From contig NW_005434627.1 in the NCBI RefSeq assembly GCF_000315625.1, forward strand, positions 335,295 to 399,294: a DNA stretch of 64,000 nucleotides, read 5' to 3'. Made by a program: the position numbers and the translations under genes. Each line of letters begins with the position of its first letter. Within the stretch, counting starts at the first letter, position 1. The notes beneath the pieces were generated by a model. The model saw only the letters and a list, made by a program, of their open reading frames with translations. It had not been told where the DNA came from and did not search any database. The DNA comes from Guillardia theta CCMP2712. Taxonomy: Eukaryota; Protista; Cryptophyta. Shown here piece by piece: positions 1 through 11,741 of this stretch.

Positions 1-769
1 TCAACAAGACTTGCCTGCCCGTCATGCTCTTCCTGTCTCGTGGACCCTGCTACTCATCGAGATTACAATAGCGCACACCTACTCCCGCAAGCTTTTTACC
101 TGTGGGTCAGTAGAACCAGCCATCCCAGGACTGTTAAGCTGCAAACTGTTGTCAGCAGTGAGCTCTCAGGGATCAGTCACAACATTCGAACAAATTCAAC
201 CAAGATATCTGCTTCCTCGGGAACTTCTCGTCAACTTATTCCAGCGGAACCGCATATCAGCTTTACATGACGCATGACATACCCCCTGCTCTCTCAGCCT
301 CACTGTGCCTGTGTCTGTCTCTATGTAGCGCAGCTTGATCCTGATCCTGAGAATCTCAACGAGCCAACAACCTCGATCTATGTTCCTGTTTCTAACAGGT
401 TTCCGTGCTGCAATTTCATGTCTGTCTCACTGCCTCTCTCTTCCGGTTGTGTATCTGTCAATCTCTCCGTCGGTGTCTCCATCTTTCTCTTCTCCTCACT
501 GTCCATCTCTTCAAGTCTCATGACCTTCGTCCTTCTCTCTCCGCCTTCTCGTGCTCCTTCTCTCCATCCTGCCTGCCATGTCATTCAAAGCGAGTGCTGT
601 TGGGTGAAGAAAAATATAACAACTAAATTTCTTATTTACCACCCATGGATCATTTATTTAGAGTATATATGCTCTATTTAATGATTATATTCTCTATTTG
701 AGTGTTATTTCTCTTGTTCGAATAAGAATTAACATTATTTTATTCGATTTTAACGGTCATTTGGTATAA

Positions 770-2395
770 CTTAACCCGGTGTGGACTCCCGGTTCATCGG
801 AGGCTCCGATGAAGCGGCCGGGCCCAGCGGCTGACAGGGTCGCCGGGCAGAGCCTCACTGAGTCACGCTCAGGCTACAGTGACTGAACACTGTGACAGGC
901 TTACTCCTGGCAGTCACGCGGCCGCAGCGGCCTCGCCGCCGGTTGCCGCATGCCAGTCACGGGCCGGTTCACTGACTTGAACCGTACGCTGGGTACGCCG
1001 TCGTTCACACGGTAACTGGCACGGTTGCCACTCCGGCGAAGATCGTGACACACACCGCACTGTCACCGCCAGTGACGGACAGACGCCCCGGGTTCCGAAT
1101 CAAGTTCCGAAGTTCGCCGGGCCCCGGGCACGACGCGGCCGCCGGCCGTATCACGGAGCCTGAGTGTGTCAAGCCCGGCTTCAAGGCTTGCTGACGGTCT
1201 GAGTCCGACTGGCAGTAAGCGGCCGCAGGGCGGCCGCCGGTGCCAGTGTGTGACCGTCACTGGCCCGGGTGATTCAGTGACGGTCGGACGCGGCGGAAAG
1301 ACTGAGCCCGACCTCGGAACTTGGTGACTTGAATTGAACTTTGCCCGGCGGAGAACAGTGCCAGTGAAAATTTGCCAAGTTTGCCGCATTGATGGATCGT
1401 ACCGAGCTTGATCAGCGGCGGCCCGCCAGCCGCCGCCGGGGCCGGGCCGTGCCCCGGCCGCTAAGTCAGTGAGTCAGAAACCGTTGAAAAACTCTCGGCT
1501 GAGGGCCTGTACCGTACGGTAAACCAAGACGACTAACTAGTAACTGGCGTGTCAAGTTTGAAGGCGGCCCATGTAGCCTAGCCTACTAGCACTGCTGCCA
1601 TGATGATGTGGGACGAAGCAGGGGGCCTTCCAGGCTAGCCGTATTGCTAAGGTCCTCTCAGTGTCTGGATGGCAGGCTTCAAGGGCCCTGGGTTTCACAT
1701 CCTAGCATACAGTCTTCAACCCGGGCCTCTCATGTGCTCCTCAATCATTCTGGTTTTGTGTCCGATCACATCAAACTCGCACGGTCTTGACGGCGCCGAG
1801 CAAAAACTGTCTTGTAACAAACTTGTACGGTTCAATCATTCGGATAGCCTCCGCCGCAACACTGGCTCACGGTGACTGCATGTCCTACGGTACGGTACGG
1901 TAGTCACCGTACTACGGTACAGCCTGAGTCACTTGAAGTTCAAACCGTTGAACCGTTTTGCCGCAGGCCCGCCGCGTGCCGTAGTGCGAGACCCGGACTC
2001 GACTCAGCGGGAGGTACTTTACTCAAAGTGACTGTCCTCCTGTTTACCGCCCGCACTGACCCTACAGCTGGCGGGGGGTCAGGCAGTCGGAGGTATATAA
2101 GGAATATTCGACACTCCGCGCTGTACTGCCTCGACTCTCCTGCCATGATTGTCCTCGTACTGTTTTTAACTTAACAAAGCATTTGAGTAAAAGGACTGAT
2201 GTACTGATCACGGTCATTTCAGGCTGACCGTGACAGTACCGGTACTACGGTAGCCAGTGGTGGTCAGTAGTACCGTAGTAGTAGTGGTGGTGGTTACTCA
2301 GTGGTAGTCGTAGTACTAAGGCGGCACTGTGCCGCAAGTACCGGTGCTACGGTAGCCAGTGGTGGTCAGTAGTACCGTAGTAGTGGTGGTGGTGG
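770..2395. other. Palindrome-dense GC-rich non-coding island 1 (interrupted at ~1580-1850)
   Basis: Dense short palindromes, e.g. TACCGTACGGTA 1510-1521 and many CCGG/CGGCCG/GTAC/TGACTCA words. CTTTACTCAAAG 2017-2028 and TTTGAGTAAAAGG 2182-2194. ~58-bp direct repeat at 2236-2293 and 2337-2395. No credible ORF. Confidence 0.7.
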
Positions 2396-2520
2396 TAGGG
2401 GGAGGGGACATCTCACTGCACAATGATCGGATGTCTGGTAGGGGTGGGTACTAGGCTAGTGGGTGGCGGGTAGGGGTGGGTAGGGCCTCGAATAGCTGGC
2501 TGAGAGCTCTCAGTGCGGTC

Positions 2521-2528
2521 TATATAAA
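2521..2528 (+). promoter_or_regulatory. Putative TATA box of the mosaic surface-protein gene
   Basis: TATATAAA ~190 bp upstream of the signal-peptide ATG, preceded by a GGGGT/GGGTA-rich tract (2390-2485). Confidence 0.35.
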
Positions 2529-2709
2529 GAGAGTGGACTGTTGACATGTAAAGGTCATTCTGTAAGAGGTGGGGTCTTTATCCGGGAATTACGGGGGGTG
2601 GTGCTCGGATTGCAGGAGGTCAAGCCATACGTGTTTGACGATGGCGGCTGGGCAGCTGCTGATGGTGAGGACGCTTACACTCTCCGAGCTTCGGCCACGC
2701 TGCTGCTGC

Positions 2710-5700
2710 ATGCTCAAGATAAGAGCCATGCTCCTCCTCCTCCTCCTCCTCCTCCTTCCTTGCCTTCCCCTTGCCTCGTCGTCCCTTCAACAACAATCTG
2801 AACTCATGACGATGAGAGCACTAGAGTGGGAAATCCGCAGCATCAAGCAGAGCCTTTCTGCTACCCTCGACGAGCTTCGCAGCCTCAACTCTTCGGTCAC
2901 CTCCATGCCGCAACTGCCCTGGGGCAACTTCACCTCCAACTCAGTGCGCTGCACGCTCGCATACAACTGGTCTCAGATCATTGAGAAGGAGGACCAAGGG
3001 AGAGTTCAATTGGGAGGTCTAGGGCATCTCATGCAGATCGACAGGTGTGTCGTATCTTTTCTTCTAGCCTACACGTTGACCTTTCATGTTCCATACAAGA
3101 TTCGAGGTCTGGGTCTGCGACTATGACAACCGATGTGTCCAGCAGACGGGCGACGCCATGTGCTTTGTGTTCGATGAAGTCCAGGAGGTCTTTCTTCCAT
3201 GGGGACTTGACTCGCAACTGCTCTTGACTCAGGTCAGTTGCTCGACTTCTCCTCCTGTGACGATACTGATGCTCCTCCAGCAAGGACCCTTCCAGCCTGA
3301 CCTTGCCGTCTCCCACATCCTTGCTAAACTCAAGGCCCTCGAGCAGGAAATTCGCTCGGGGGGATGCGGGGGGTCGTGCGTGAGCCGGCAGGACGTGCAG
3401 CAGCTGCTGGACCAGTACTACCTGGAGCCCGGCTACCTGTGGAGCGCCGGCAGCTTCAGCGAGTGCAGCAGCCTGTGCGGCAGCGGAGTGGCGAGGAGAA
3501 GCATCACGTGCATCTCGAAGCTCCTCGAGCAGGTCGAGGACATTCGCTGCTCCAACCGCTCGAAGCCTCTGGCGGAAGTTCCCTGCCTCAACCTCTCCCA
3601 GTGCTCCTACGAGTGGGAGGTCGGCCCCTACAGCGAGTGTCTCAACGGCTGCGGCCAAGGCCTTCGGCGACGATCAGTGTCATGTAGGAGGAGTGACGGG
3701 GTCACTGTAGAGATTGGTAAGTGCCAGGGTTGGGCTCCCGTCAACGAGGAGGTAGCTCATGATGCAATGGGGCGTGAGCATCTGAATGACTGTGCCTGCA
3801 GCCCTGCTCGAATTTCTCCTCCTGCTCCTACCGCTGGACCCCCTCCGCCTGGGAAGCATGCTCCAGCACCTGCGGGCCTGGCTTGCAGTACCGGTCGGTG
3901 ATGTGCGTGCGGTCGGACGGGGTGGAGGTGGGGGAGGGGATGTGCGAGGGGTCGAAGCCGAGGACCTTCCAAGCCTGCACGGGAGCGTCGGGCTGTAACT
4001 ACACCCTGATCAACGAGTGCGCCGCTCACACCGACAACTGCGCGACCCACGCGAGCTGCATCGACACCTACTCGAGCTTCGAGTGCAGCTGCAAGCCAGG
4101 TAGCCCCTCCTTGGTTGCTGCTCGTGACTTGAGGGAAGGAGACGTTGACGGGAGACGCAGGGTTTGTCGGATCTGGAACCGTTTGCGAGGACGTGGACGA
4201 GTGTGTGACAGGGTCAGGTCGATGTGACGCTACTAAGACTTGTGTCAACACGGAAGGAAGCTTTGAGTGCTTGTGCAAGCGAGGTGAGGCAGGCGAAGCA
4301 AGGTGAGGTCATCTTGTCATCAACCTGACGCTATCTTGTATCTGGCAGATTTCTACCTCGACGTCGATTCCTCCTCCTGCCTCAGCTGTCCCACAGGTCA
4401 GTACGCGTCTAGTCTCGGACAAACGTCATGCACCACCTGCGCCCCCGGCTTCTACGGCTCCTCGAACAGCAGCTGCAGCTCGTGCCCCCCCGGCTCCTCG
4501 TCCCCCGCAGGAAGCACACTGGTATCCGACTGCCAGTGCCAGTACGGTGAGGCGGGAGCGAGAGGCGTCACTGTGAGAGTGACGGCCTGCAGGCTTCTCT
4601 GGGAGCATCTCAACGGCTGCCGACAGCTGCTCGCCCTCCTCCAGCGCAGAGGAGCAGTCGCGCTGGTTCAGACTCGGAGCAGTCGGCCAGTCATGCGCTG
4701 AGACGTGCGCAGCAGAGGGGAAGACGTGCGTGAGCTCGGCGATCAACCAGATCGACAACGAGGAGGCGATGCGATCGGCCGTGAGGGCGGCGAGCATCGC
4801 GTCCGATCGACGTATCCGAGGAGCGATGACGGAGCCGCAGCAGAGGCCTGGGGGCCTTCACTTGCGGGTGAGCGCGGGCGCGAATGAAAGAGGAGGGGAC
4901 GTGCTGCAGGACCTGACGGCGAACAGAGGGCACGTGCAGCGGCTGCGATTTGTAGAGCATGGGGTGACGAAGTTTGATCTCTTGTCAAACAGAGTGCAAA
5001 CCTTCTTTGATGTCAAACAGACATTTCATGTTGGTTTGCCGGATGCGCTTCAGTACTCGGGGACGATTGTAATCAGCGTGACGGTGGAGGATGCGGAAAG
5101 CTTTGACAGCATCCAGTCTGCTTACATTGAGGTCGCAGGAAGACGATGTGCCTTCACAGATCCTGCTACCGGTAACGCCAAAAATCTGCAGCAGATTCAC
5201 TGTAAACTGGAAGTGACCCGCCAAGAAGCGATGGCTGATGGTGCTCGGATCGGTCCGATCCTCATCTCTTATGATGCCATTGGCAACAACGGACGCTCGA
5301 CGTGGAGGATCGCTGTCGGAGAGATGAAGGACGAGACAGGCGAGCCTCTTAGAGTCATGTCGGACGGCGAGCTTAAGTACGTCAACGGCTCTATCAACGA
5401 TGTTGTCTTGTTCCCTCCTCTGAGCATCCCAGGCGCCGCCTTCACCCTCTGCTCTATCTCGAGGTACAACGGCAACCGAAAAAATCGGGTGCTCCAAGCT
5501 TCCGACGACTCGTTTCTGCACGGACACTGGAACGGAGGACGAGGACAGTCGTACTACTACGACACCTGGATCCTTCAGCAGGACCTGAGCACCACGGCAG
5601 ACGAGTGGGTGGTGCTGTGCGGACAGAACTACCAGTACGGGAAGTTCTTCCTGAACGGCGTGGAGTATGAACGATCTATGCCAACCTTGCCTGACAGCTT

Positions 5701-8221
5701 GCAGCTCTCTATCAACGACTTGAGCTGGCATCCTAGTGTCGGCTACTTCCTGGATACCTCAGACTGGGCGTTGAGCGAGGTAGCAATCTGGAGGGGAGTG
5801 CTGCGGGCAGATGAGATCAGAGCTGTCTCCGATCATCTGCTGCGGATGCTCTCCGACGGCAGTAGCGTCCGCTACAACCAGACTCTCAACGTCTCCTGCA
5901 GCATCGTTGGCTCAGCTGTCAACAAGATCGCTCCCTACGTGTCTTCTGACGGTGGCTGTTACTTCAGCTCTCCAATCTATCAGTCCACCTGTGATGCCAG
6001 CTTGTCCACAGCAAGCCGCGTCTGCCTCTGTGCAGCGCCATGCCTGGAGGACTTCTACGGTAGTGCCTGCTGGAGCTGTGCTGGGGTTTGACGGGCCTCA
6101 CAGGGCAAGCGGAGGAGTGCTTCCGATGTCCCTTCTTCTCTCACTCGCAGCCTGGCAGCTCCTCCATACGCGACTGCTCCTGCCAGCAAGGTAGCCCACC
6201 TCAGCTGCCCTCCCTCGGGCCCGCAGGGAGCGACTGACTGTCCGCTGCTCTAGGGCGCTACCTCTACGTCAACTCCTCCGACGCCCCCTGGGGCCCCCAG
6301 GGCTCCTGCGAATCCTGCCCGCCTCACGCCTGGTCGCCTACCGGCAGCTCCTCCGTCAACCAGTGCCAGTGCATCGGCGGTAGGGCCTGAGCTTGCTCCG
6401 CTGAGTCAGGCTGACTGGTAGTGGTGGCGCAGGCTACTACCTGGACGAGGGGCCTTCCTGCTCCTCCTGCCCGTCCGGTCTCAAGTCGCCCTACGGGAGC
6501 TCGTCTTTGAACGAGTGCATGTGCCCGGCAGGTCGTGAATGCTCCTCTGTTGTGACTTGAGCGCGGGACCATGACGACCTGCACCAGGCGCGTACAAGTC
6601 TGAAGGGAACTGCTCGTCGTGTCCTGCTTACAGCACGTCCAAGGCTGGCAGCACATCAGTGGAAGACTGCTTCTGCATGCCGGGCTTCGGAGTGAAAGCA
6701 ACGGGATTCAGCAGGCAGATCACCTCTCCTAGCGATCGCTGCGAACCCAACCTAAGGGAACTGATCCTAGCGGACATGAAAGGAGCCTCTTGCTCACAAG
6801 TGTGTCAGTCTGAGAACCTTGCGTGTGTGGAGGAAGGGCAGCCGGTGCTGAGGGAGGAGGAGATCAGTCTCCTGCTCTCCACTTGGGGGTTCCCTGTCTC
6901 CGGCATCGTCGGCACCAACAGCCTAGATGCCCCGTCCTACAACCCCGAGACGCAACAGGCCTTCTTCCGCTATGGCTTGCCCGGCATGTGCGGAGCCACT
7001 GACTCAAGCAACCTGAGAATCTGTCGATGCACGTGCGACGACAACCAGTACGGTGAGCTGCTTTCCTCGTGTTGCTTCCCCGCGAGCGACTTGACGGGCA
7101 AGACAGGCAAGACAGGCAACTGCTCGTCATGCCCGGCGAATAGCCATTCCTCCTTCCAAGCACAGGAGGCGTCAAGCTGCATGTGCGACTCCGGTAGGCC
7201 TGCCGTGTGCACCTACAAGCTCTGACTGTCGCTGCTTGGCCTTGCAGGCTACTTCTTTGACGCGTCCGCGGGAACCTGCAGTCTCTGTCCCAGCGGAAAC
7301 TACACGGAGGAACAGCGGTTCGTGGACCGAGACTTCGGGCTGAACGGAGGATCGGGTTGGCGGGGGACGGAGAAGACCTCGAGCTGCGGGTCATACGGGT
7401 CAGTGCTAGGAGGGTTCAACGTGCTGGGCGAGCAGTCGAGCTTGACCAAGACGTTCACGGGCTTGTGCCCGCATGGCTTCCTTCACATCTGGATGCGAGT
7501 GCTACTCATCGACTTCGTGCAGCCTGTGACGTTACGTCTGACGGTCGACCGGAGGGAAGTGTGGAGCGAGTCGATCCCAGCCTCGTCCTCCTCGCTCTCT
7601 GAGTGCGGGCAAGCGGCAGGGGAGGAGATGATCGAGCGTCTCATACGGGTGTATCACACAGAAGATCATGTGGAGGTGAACATCCAGGTGGACTATGACT
7701 ACTGGGAGGTCAGCGCTGCAACAGCCAAGACGTTCTGGGGGCTCAAGGAGCTCTCTGTCGTCCTGCCATGCTCGAGCTCAGCTGACTGCAGCATGACGTC
7801 ATCAGCGTATCAGACATGCTCGGATGTGCAGGGAAGCGCAGCAGCCTGCTTGAGGGTAGGCGAGTACCTCTACGTGTACCACTATGGGTACTTCTTGAGC
7901 TCTCAGATAGAACCAACGTGCAAGCAGATCGGGAGAGGAGGACAACTTGCCTACTTTCCCGATCGAAAGACATACGATGAGCTGAGGTCAAGATTGTCAC
8001 TGGGGCTCTACACCAGGATTGGTCTGAGCGTTGAGCGAGGATCTTCTTACTTCCGGTGGACGGCTGGAGGAGCCTTCTCCTCTCAGACCTGGGGAGACGT
8101 GGGTCCACAGCTGAGCGGGGATGATGCTTGTGTAGTACTTTACGATAACTCTTGGTTGCCGCTTCAGTGCTCTGACAGCGCAACGTATTTGTTGTGCAGT
8201 TACCCGATTGCTGCTCAGTGA
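2710..8221 (+). CDS. Large multi-exon secreted/surface mosaic protein (signal peptide, TSP1 repeats, Ca-EGF, Cys-rich GCC2/GCC3-like repeats, LamG/ConA-like, C-type lectin)
   Basis: Leu-rich signal peptide MLLLLLLLLLPCLPLASS. TSP1 motifs WSAGSFSECSSLCGSGVARRSITC and WEVGPYSECLNGCGQGLRRRSVSC. EGF INECAAHTDNCATHASCIDTYSSFECSC. CxxCPxG repeats. C-terminal CTL-like FRWTAGG...DDACVVLYDNSWLPLQCSDSATYLLC. ~50-nt GT-AG introns between ORF pieces. Confidence 0.85.
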
Positions 8222-8776
8222 TGGTAAACGCGGCAGTGCCGAGGGTGACGCCTGACTGCAGTACTGTGAGGGTTGTAACCAGTAAACAATCACACATCTA
8301 CCCTCTCCTCTTGTCGTGTCGCTGCCTCCCCACATCCTCTTCCTACTCTTCTTGTCTCCTCTACAACTTTTCTCTCGCTTCTCTTGTCTTTCTCAGCCAT
8401 GCTGGGCTATACACGAACCTCAGCTGCCATGCCAGAAGATCGAGGATGGTCATTTTCACCTCTCTCTTCAAAAGCAAGCAGACAGAGCTCTGTCTCCCAG
8501 GCAGATGATTTGAAACCATAGCTCAGAGTCTTGGCTTGAGCTCATGACATCTGCTGCTATGGTTGCGGGTGACTTGATGACGATGTGTCAGTCAAGCTGG
8601 ATCTGAGACAGAGCCAAGAAGCAATGCTGTTGATAATTCTATGGTGTTCATAGACCTACGCGTGATGAGCCTCAAAGCTAAAACAACGACAGGCAGCTCA
8701 CTGTTTCTTCTGTTACAACTGAACACAGGAATAATTTAGAAAGGATGGGCAACCTTCATACATCATGACACGGAGG

Positions 8777-9910
8777 CTAGAGAAGGATCAAGCTCGTGGA
8801 ATCTATCAATTTTCCTGTTTCAGGATCAACACTAAGTTCACGTCCGTCTTCAAGTCTGATATAGTAGACTTTGTTGTTGATGTAGTCGAAACTTTCTTTG
8901 CTCTTCTCGCAAGGGCTCATCGACGAAAAACTGCTCCTCAGCGACAGGGCAGTGCGGAACGTCTCGTTCATCTGCTCGAGGTCTTTTCTCATGGAAGCAT
9001 TCTCTACCATCAGATGAGAGATCTCATCCTGCATGTGCTGCACGCGCTTGAAAGATTCCTCTCTCAGAGCAGACAGCTCCTCTTCATATTCCTCCTTCTG
9101 CCGTTCCATCATCAGCTCTTGTTGCTCTATGGTAGCATGAGCTTGCCGCAGCTGATCCTTGAGCTCCTGGACCGTTTCAGATGCCTCACTGCTAGCAGCA
9201 TCCTCTTCAACTTCTTCCAAGCAATCGAAAGCAGCAGGCGTGTCCTCTTGTACATTTCGTTCATCCTGCTCCACTGCTGCGTCAGGCAATGGCGCTTCCC
9301 AGGACGAGGTATCAAGTACTGTGCGGTACTCTTGCAGCTGGTCAGTCCTGAAGACGAGTCTTAGTTCAGTCTGCGCTTGGCTCTCCTCCTGTATGATCTT
9401 GTTGATTGTTTCTTCGTCCACAAGGGCGGGAACCAGCTTCCTTCCAATACGAACGAGTTGATCCCCCACGTTTGGCACCTTGTCACATCGGCGTTCAATC
9501 TGACGTCTGTCCAGGTGAGCTACATGCACCTCTCCGTTGCTCTTGATCTCATACCGAATGCCCTTGTTCATCTGGCTCGCCGCTCCTGCTCTCCTTCCTC
9601 TCTTCCTCTCGCCCTCGCCCTACACGGCTGCTTCTCCCGAGTCCCCCGATCGGACGGAGCGGCTGCAGTCGAGCAGCCTCCTCGGTTCTTGCTTCTCTCC
9701 TCCAGTTCTCCTGTTCCTTCTTGTTCTTCTCTATGCTGCCAATTCCGCAACTTGCACGTGCTCCAGCGGTTCCGAGCCAGTCCACCGACGCTCCAGCTGT
9801 CAGTCCTCTCTACTGTTCTCAGCTCGTGCCAGCTGTCGTCTGCTGCTCAGCTCCTCCTCTCCTCGCCCCATCTCTCTGCTTCCTCTAGTCGAGGCTCGAC
9901 CCCCTACCAT
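8777..9910 (-). CDS. Hypothetical protein, PDZ-like segment plus coiled coil (5' exons approximate)
   Basis: 264-aa ORF 8777-9571 with GIRYEIKSNGEVHVAHL...VGDQLVRIG (PDZ-like) and heptad-rich LKDQLRQAHATIEQQELMMERQKEEYEEEL. Candidate ATG at 9910. Confidence 0.6.
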
Positions 9911-10054
9911 GGCGGTGACCGTCAGCCACCAACGGTACTGCCAGAATACCGAGACCCCTTTCTCACAGGCCCGCCCCCTGGCCCGCCCCAGGCTGCGCCC
10001 CCCGGATTTCTGATCCGGCTCCCCAGCACCTCCCAAGCCCCTCCTCCCTACCCT

Positions 10055-10376
10055 CATCCTCTGAGTAGCCTCAAGTTTCTCCAGCATCCTCTGAGTAGCC
10101 TCAAGTCTTCTCCAGCATCCTCTGAATAGCCTCAAGTTTCTCCAGCATCCTCTGAGTAGCCTCAAGTCTTCTCCAGCATCCTCTGAGTAGCCTCAAGTCT
10201 TCTCCAGCATCCTCTGAGTAGCCTCAAGTCTTCTCCAGCATCCTCTGAGTAGCCTCAAGTCTTCTCCAGCATCCTCTGAGTAGCCTCAAGTCTTCTCCAG
10301 CATCCTCTGAGTAGCCTCAAGTCTTCTCCAGCATCCTCTGAGTAGCCTCAAGTCTTCTCCAGCATCCTCTGAGTAG
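10055..10376. repeat. 31-bp tandem minisatellite (~10.4 copies)
   Basis: Unit CATCCTCTGAGTAGCCTCAAGTCTTCTCCAG, head-to-tail with no spacers, with some 30-bp variants. Confidence 0.95.
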
Positions 10377-10476
10377 GCTTACTCTTCTTGAGCATCCTCT
10401 ACTGCTGGAATCCGCTCTCCCACTCCATCCCGTTTCTCCTCCTTCCTCCATGTCTTTGCTTAGCTCTCGTTGCTGA

Positions 10477-11345
10477 TGCTATCGAGGAGCATGAATAGCA
10501 AGCATGAAAGTTTACAGCATCATGCTTCTCCTACTCTCTGTATCAGCTCTCGACAAAGGTGAGCAGCTTCTGCATCCTCCCAGAGATTGACGGTGCGGTG
10601 CTGTAAGACGACAGGGGATCGTTGGAACCTCGAAAGTGCTACCATTGCGGTACTCGATTTGATGATGGTTTGCGATTTGACAGTCAGACAGGCGCAGAGA
10701 AGGTCAAGTACGGAGTGACAGCTGCCAGGCTGAGCGAGAATGTCAATCACTCTCAACCTCTCTTCGATCAAGGGAATTCCTCCAACTACGACTGGCTCGC
10801 GTTGTTCTGCCGCAGCTGCGCAAAGACGAGGTCTGGATCATTCCATGGGGGGGAACGATGTACTGACATGCAAACATCAGAAGCTACAAGGATGACGTCT
10901 GCTTCAGCGCAGCCTTGGAAACCCTCACTAAGAAATGCAGACGATGCTCGTGAGCTGTTTGTTCTACATCCCCCTGCTCTTTGACTGCGGTGCATCCAGA
11001 CGGCGAGCGAGTTTCGGTAGGGCGGAAGGAGTAGCAAGGCATTGCCGGTCGCATAGGAGTATGGGAGAGATCGATATAGCGTGAGCTGCCTTGCGAGTTG
11101 GGGGGGGATGGGGGACTCAAGATTCTTGTCAGGAATCGAGGAAAGCTTTGCATGATGCCCAACTGCACGACCCTCGCACGTTACAGAAAGAAGACAGGGG
11201 AGCGACGAAGGTTCTGCTGGATTCATTCCAATCCTGGTAGCGCACTTGAGGTGGCGATCTGATATCGAGCGGCAGTATGACGCTTGTCGCTCAGGCGAGA
11301 TCAAGATCTCCTCGCAGCAATGCCACCACCCGGAAGGATGCTTGA
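10477..11345 (+). CDS. Hypothetical multi-exon protein with CxxC pairs (possible Zn ribbon)
   Basis: Exon ~10622-10948 encodes CYHCG...FCRSC and is flanked by GT-AG intron-like gaps. Ends uncertain. Confidence 0.35.
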
Positions 11346-11741
11346 AATACGTGAACCTCGCCCCTCTCTTTCCGCTTCGCCTCTAACCTCCTTGACCTAC
11401 AGCCGTCGTTTGGACTGAGCAACGGAAGTGCCTGCTTCTGCAAGTTGCACAAGTCCATCGCACATGTGAACATCCGGAGAAGTATGAAGGAGAAGGATGT
11501 AAGCAACACTTCATGGAGGGCGGTGAAGAGCTGAGAGTAAGAGACATCAAAGGTGCGATCGGATCAGCGAGTCACTGATATCAAAGAGGTCTCTCATCAG
11601 ACTTCGCGCCCCTGACATTGATCGGCGAGCGAGAATGAATCCGCGAGGCTCTTCTATGTACAACATGCCATCTTCTTTTTAGCAAGAATGCCAACATGCG
11701 GACAACATGAGAAGACTGAAGGAAAAGGATCCAAGTTGGGC

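Noticed and set aside
10055-10376. 31-bp repeats as a CRISPR array
   Set aside because: Units are head-to-tail with no unique spacers, there are no cas genes, and the context is eukaryotic.
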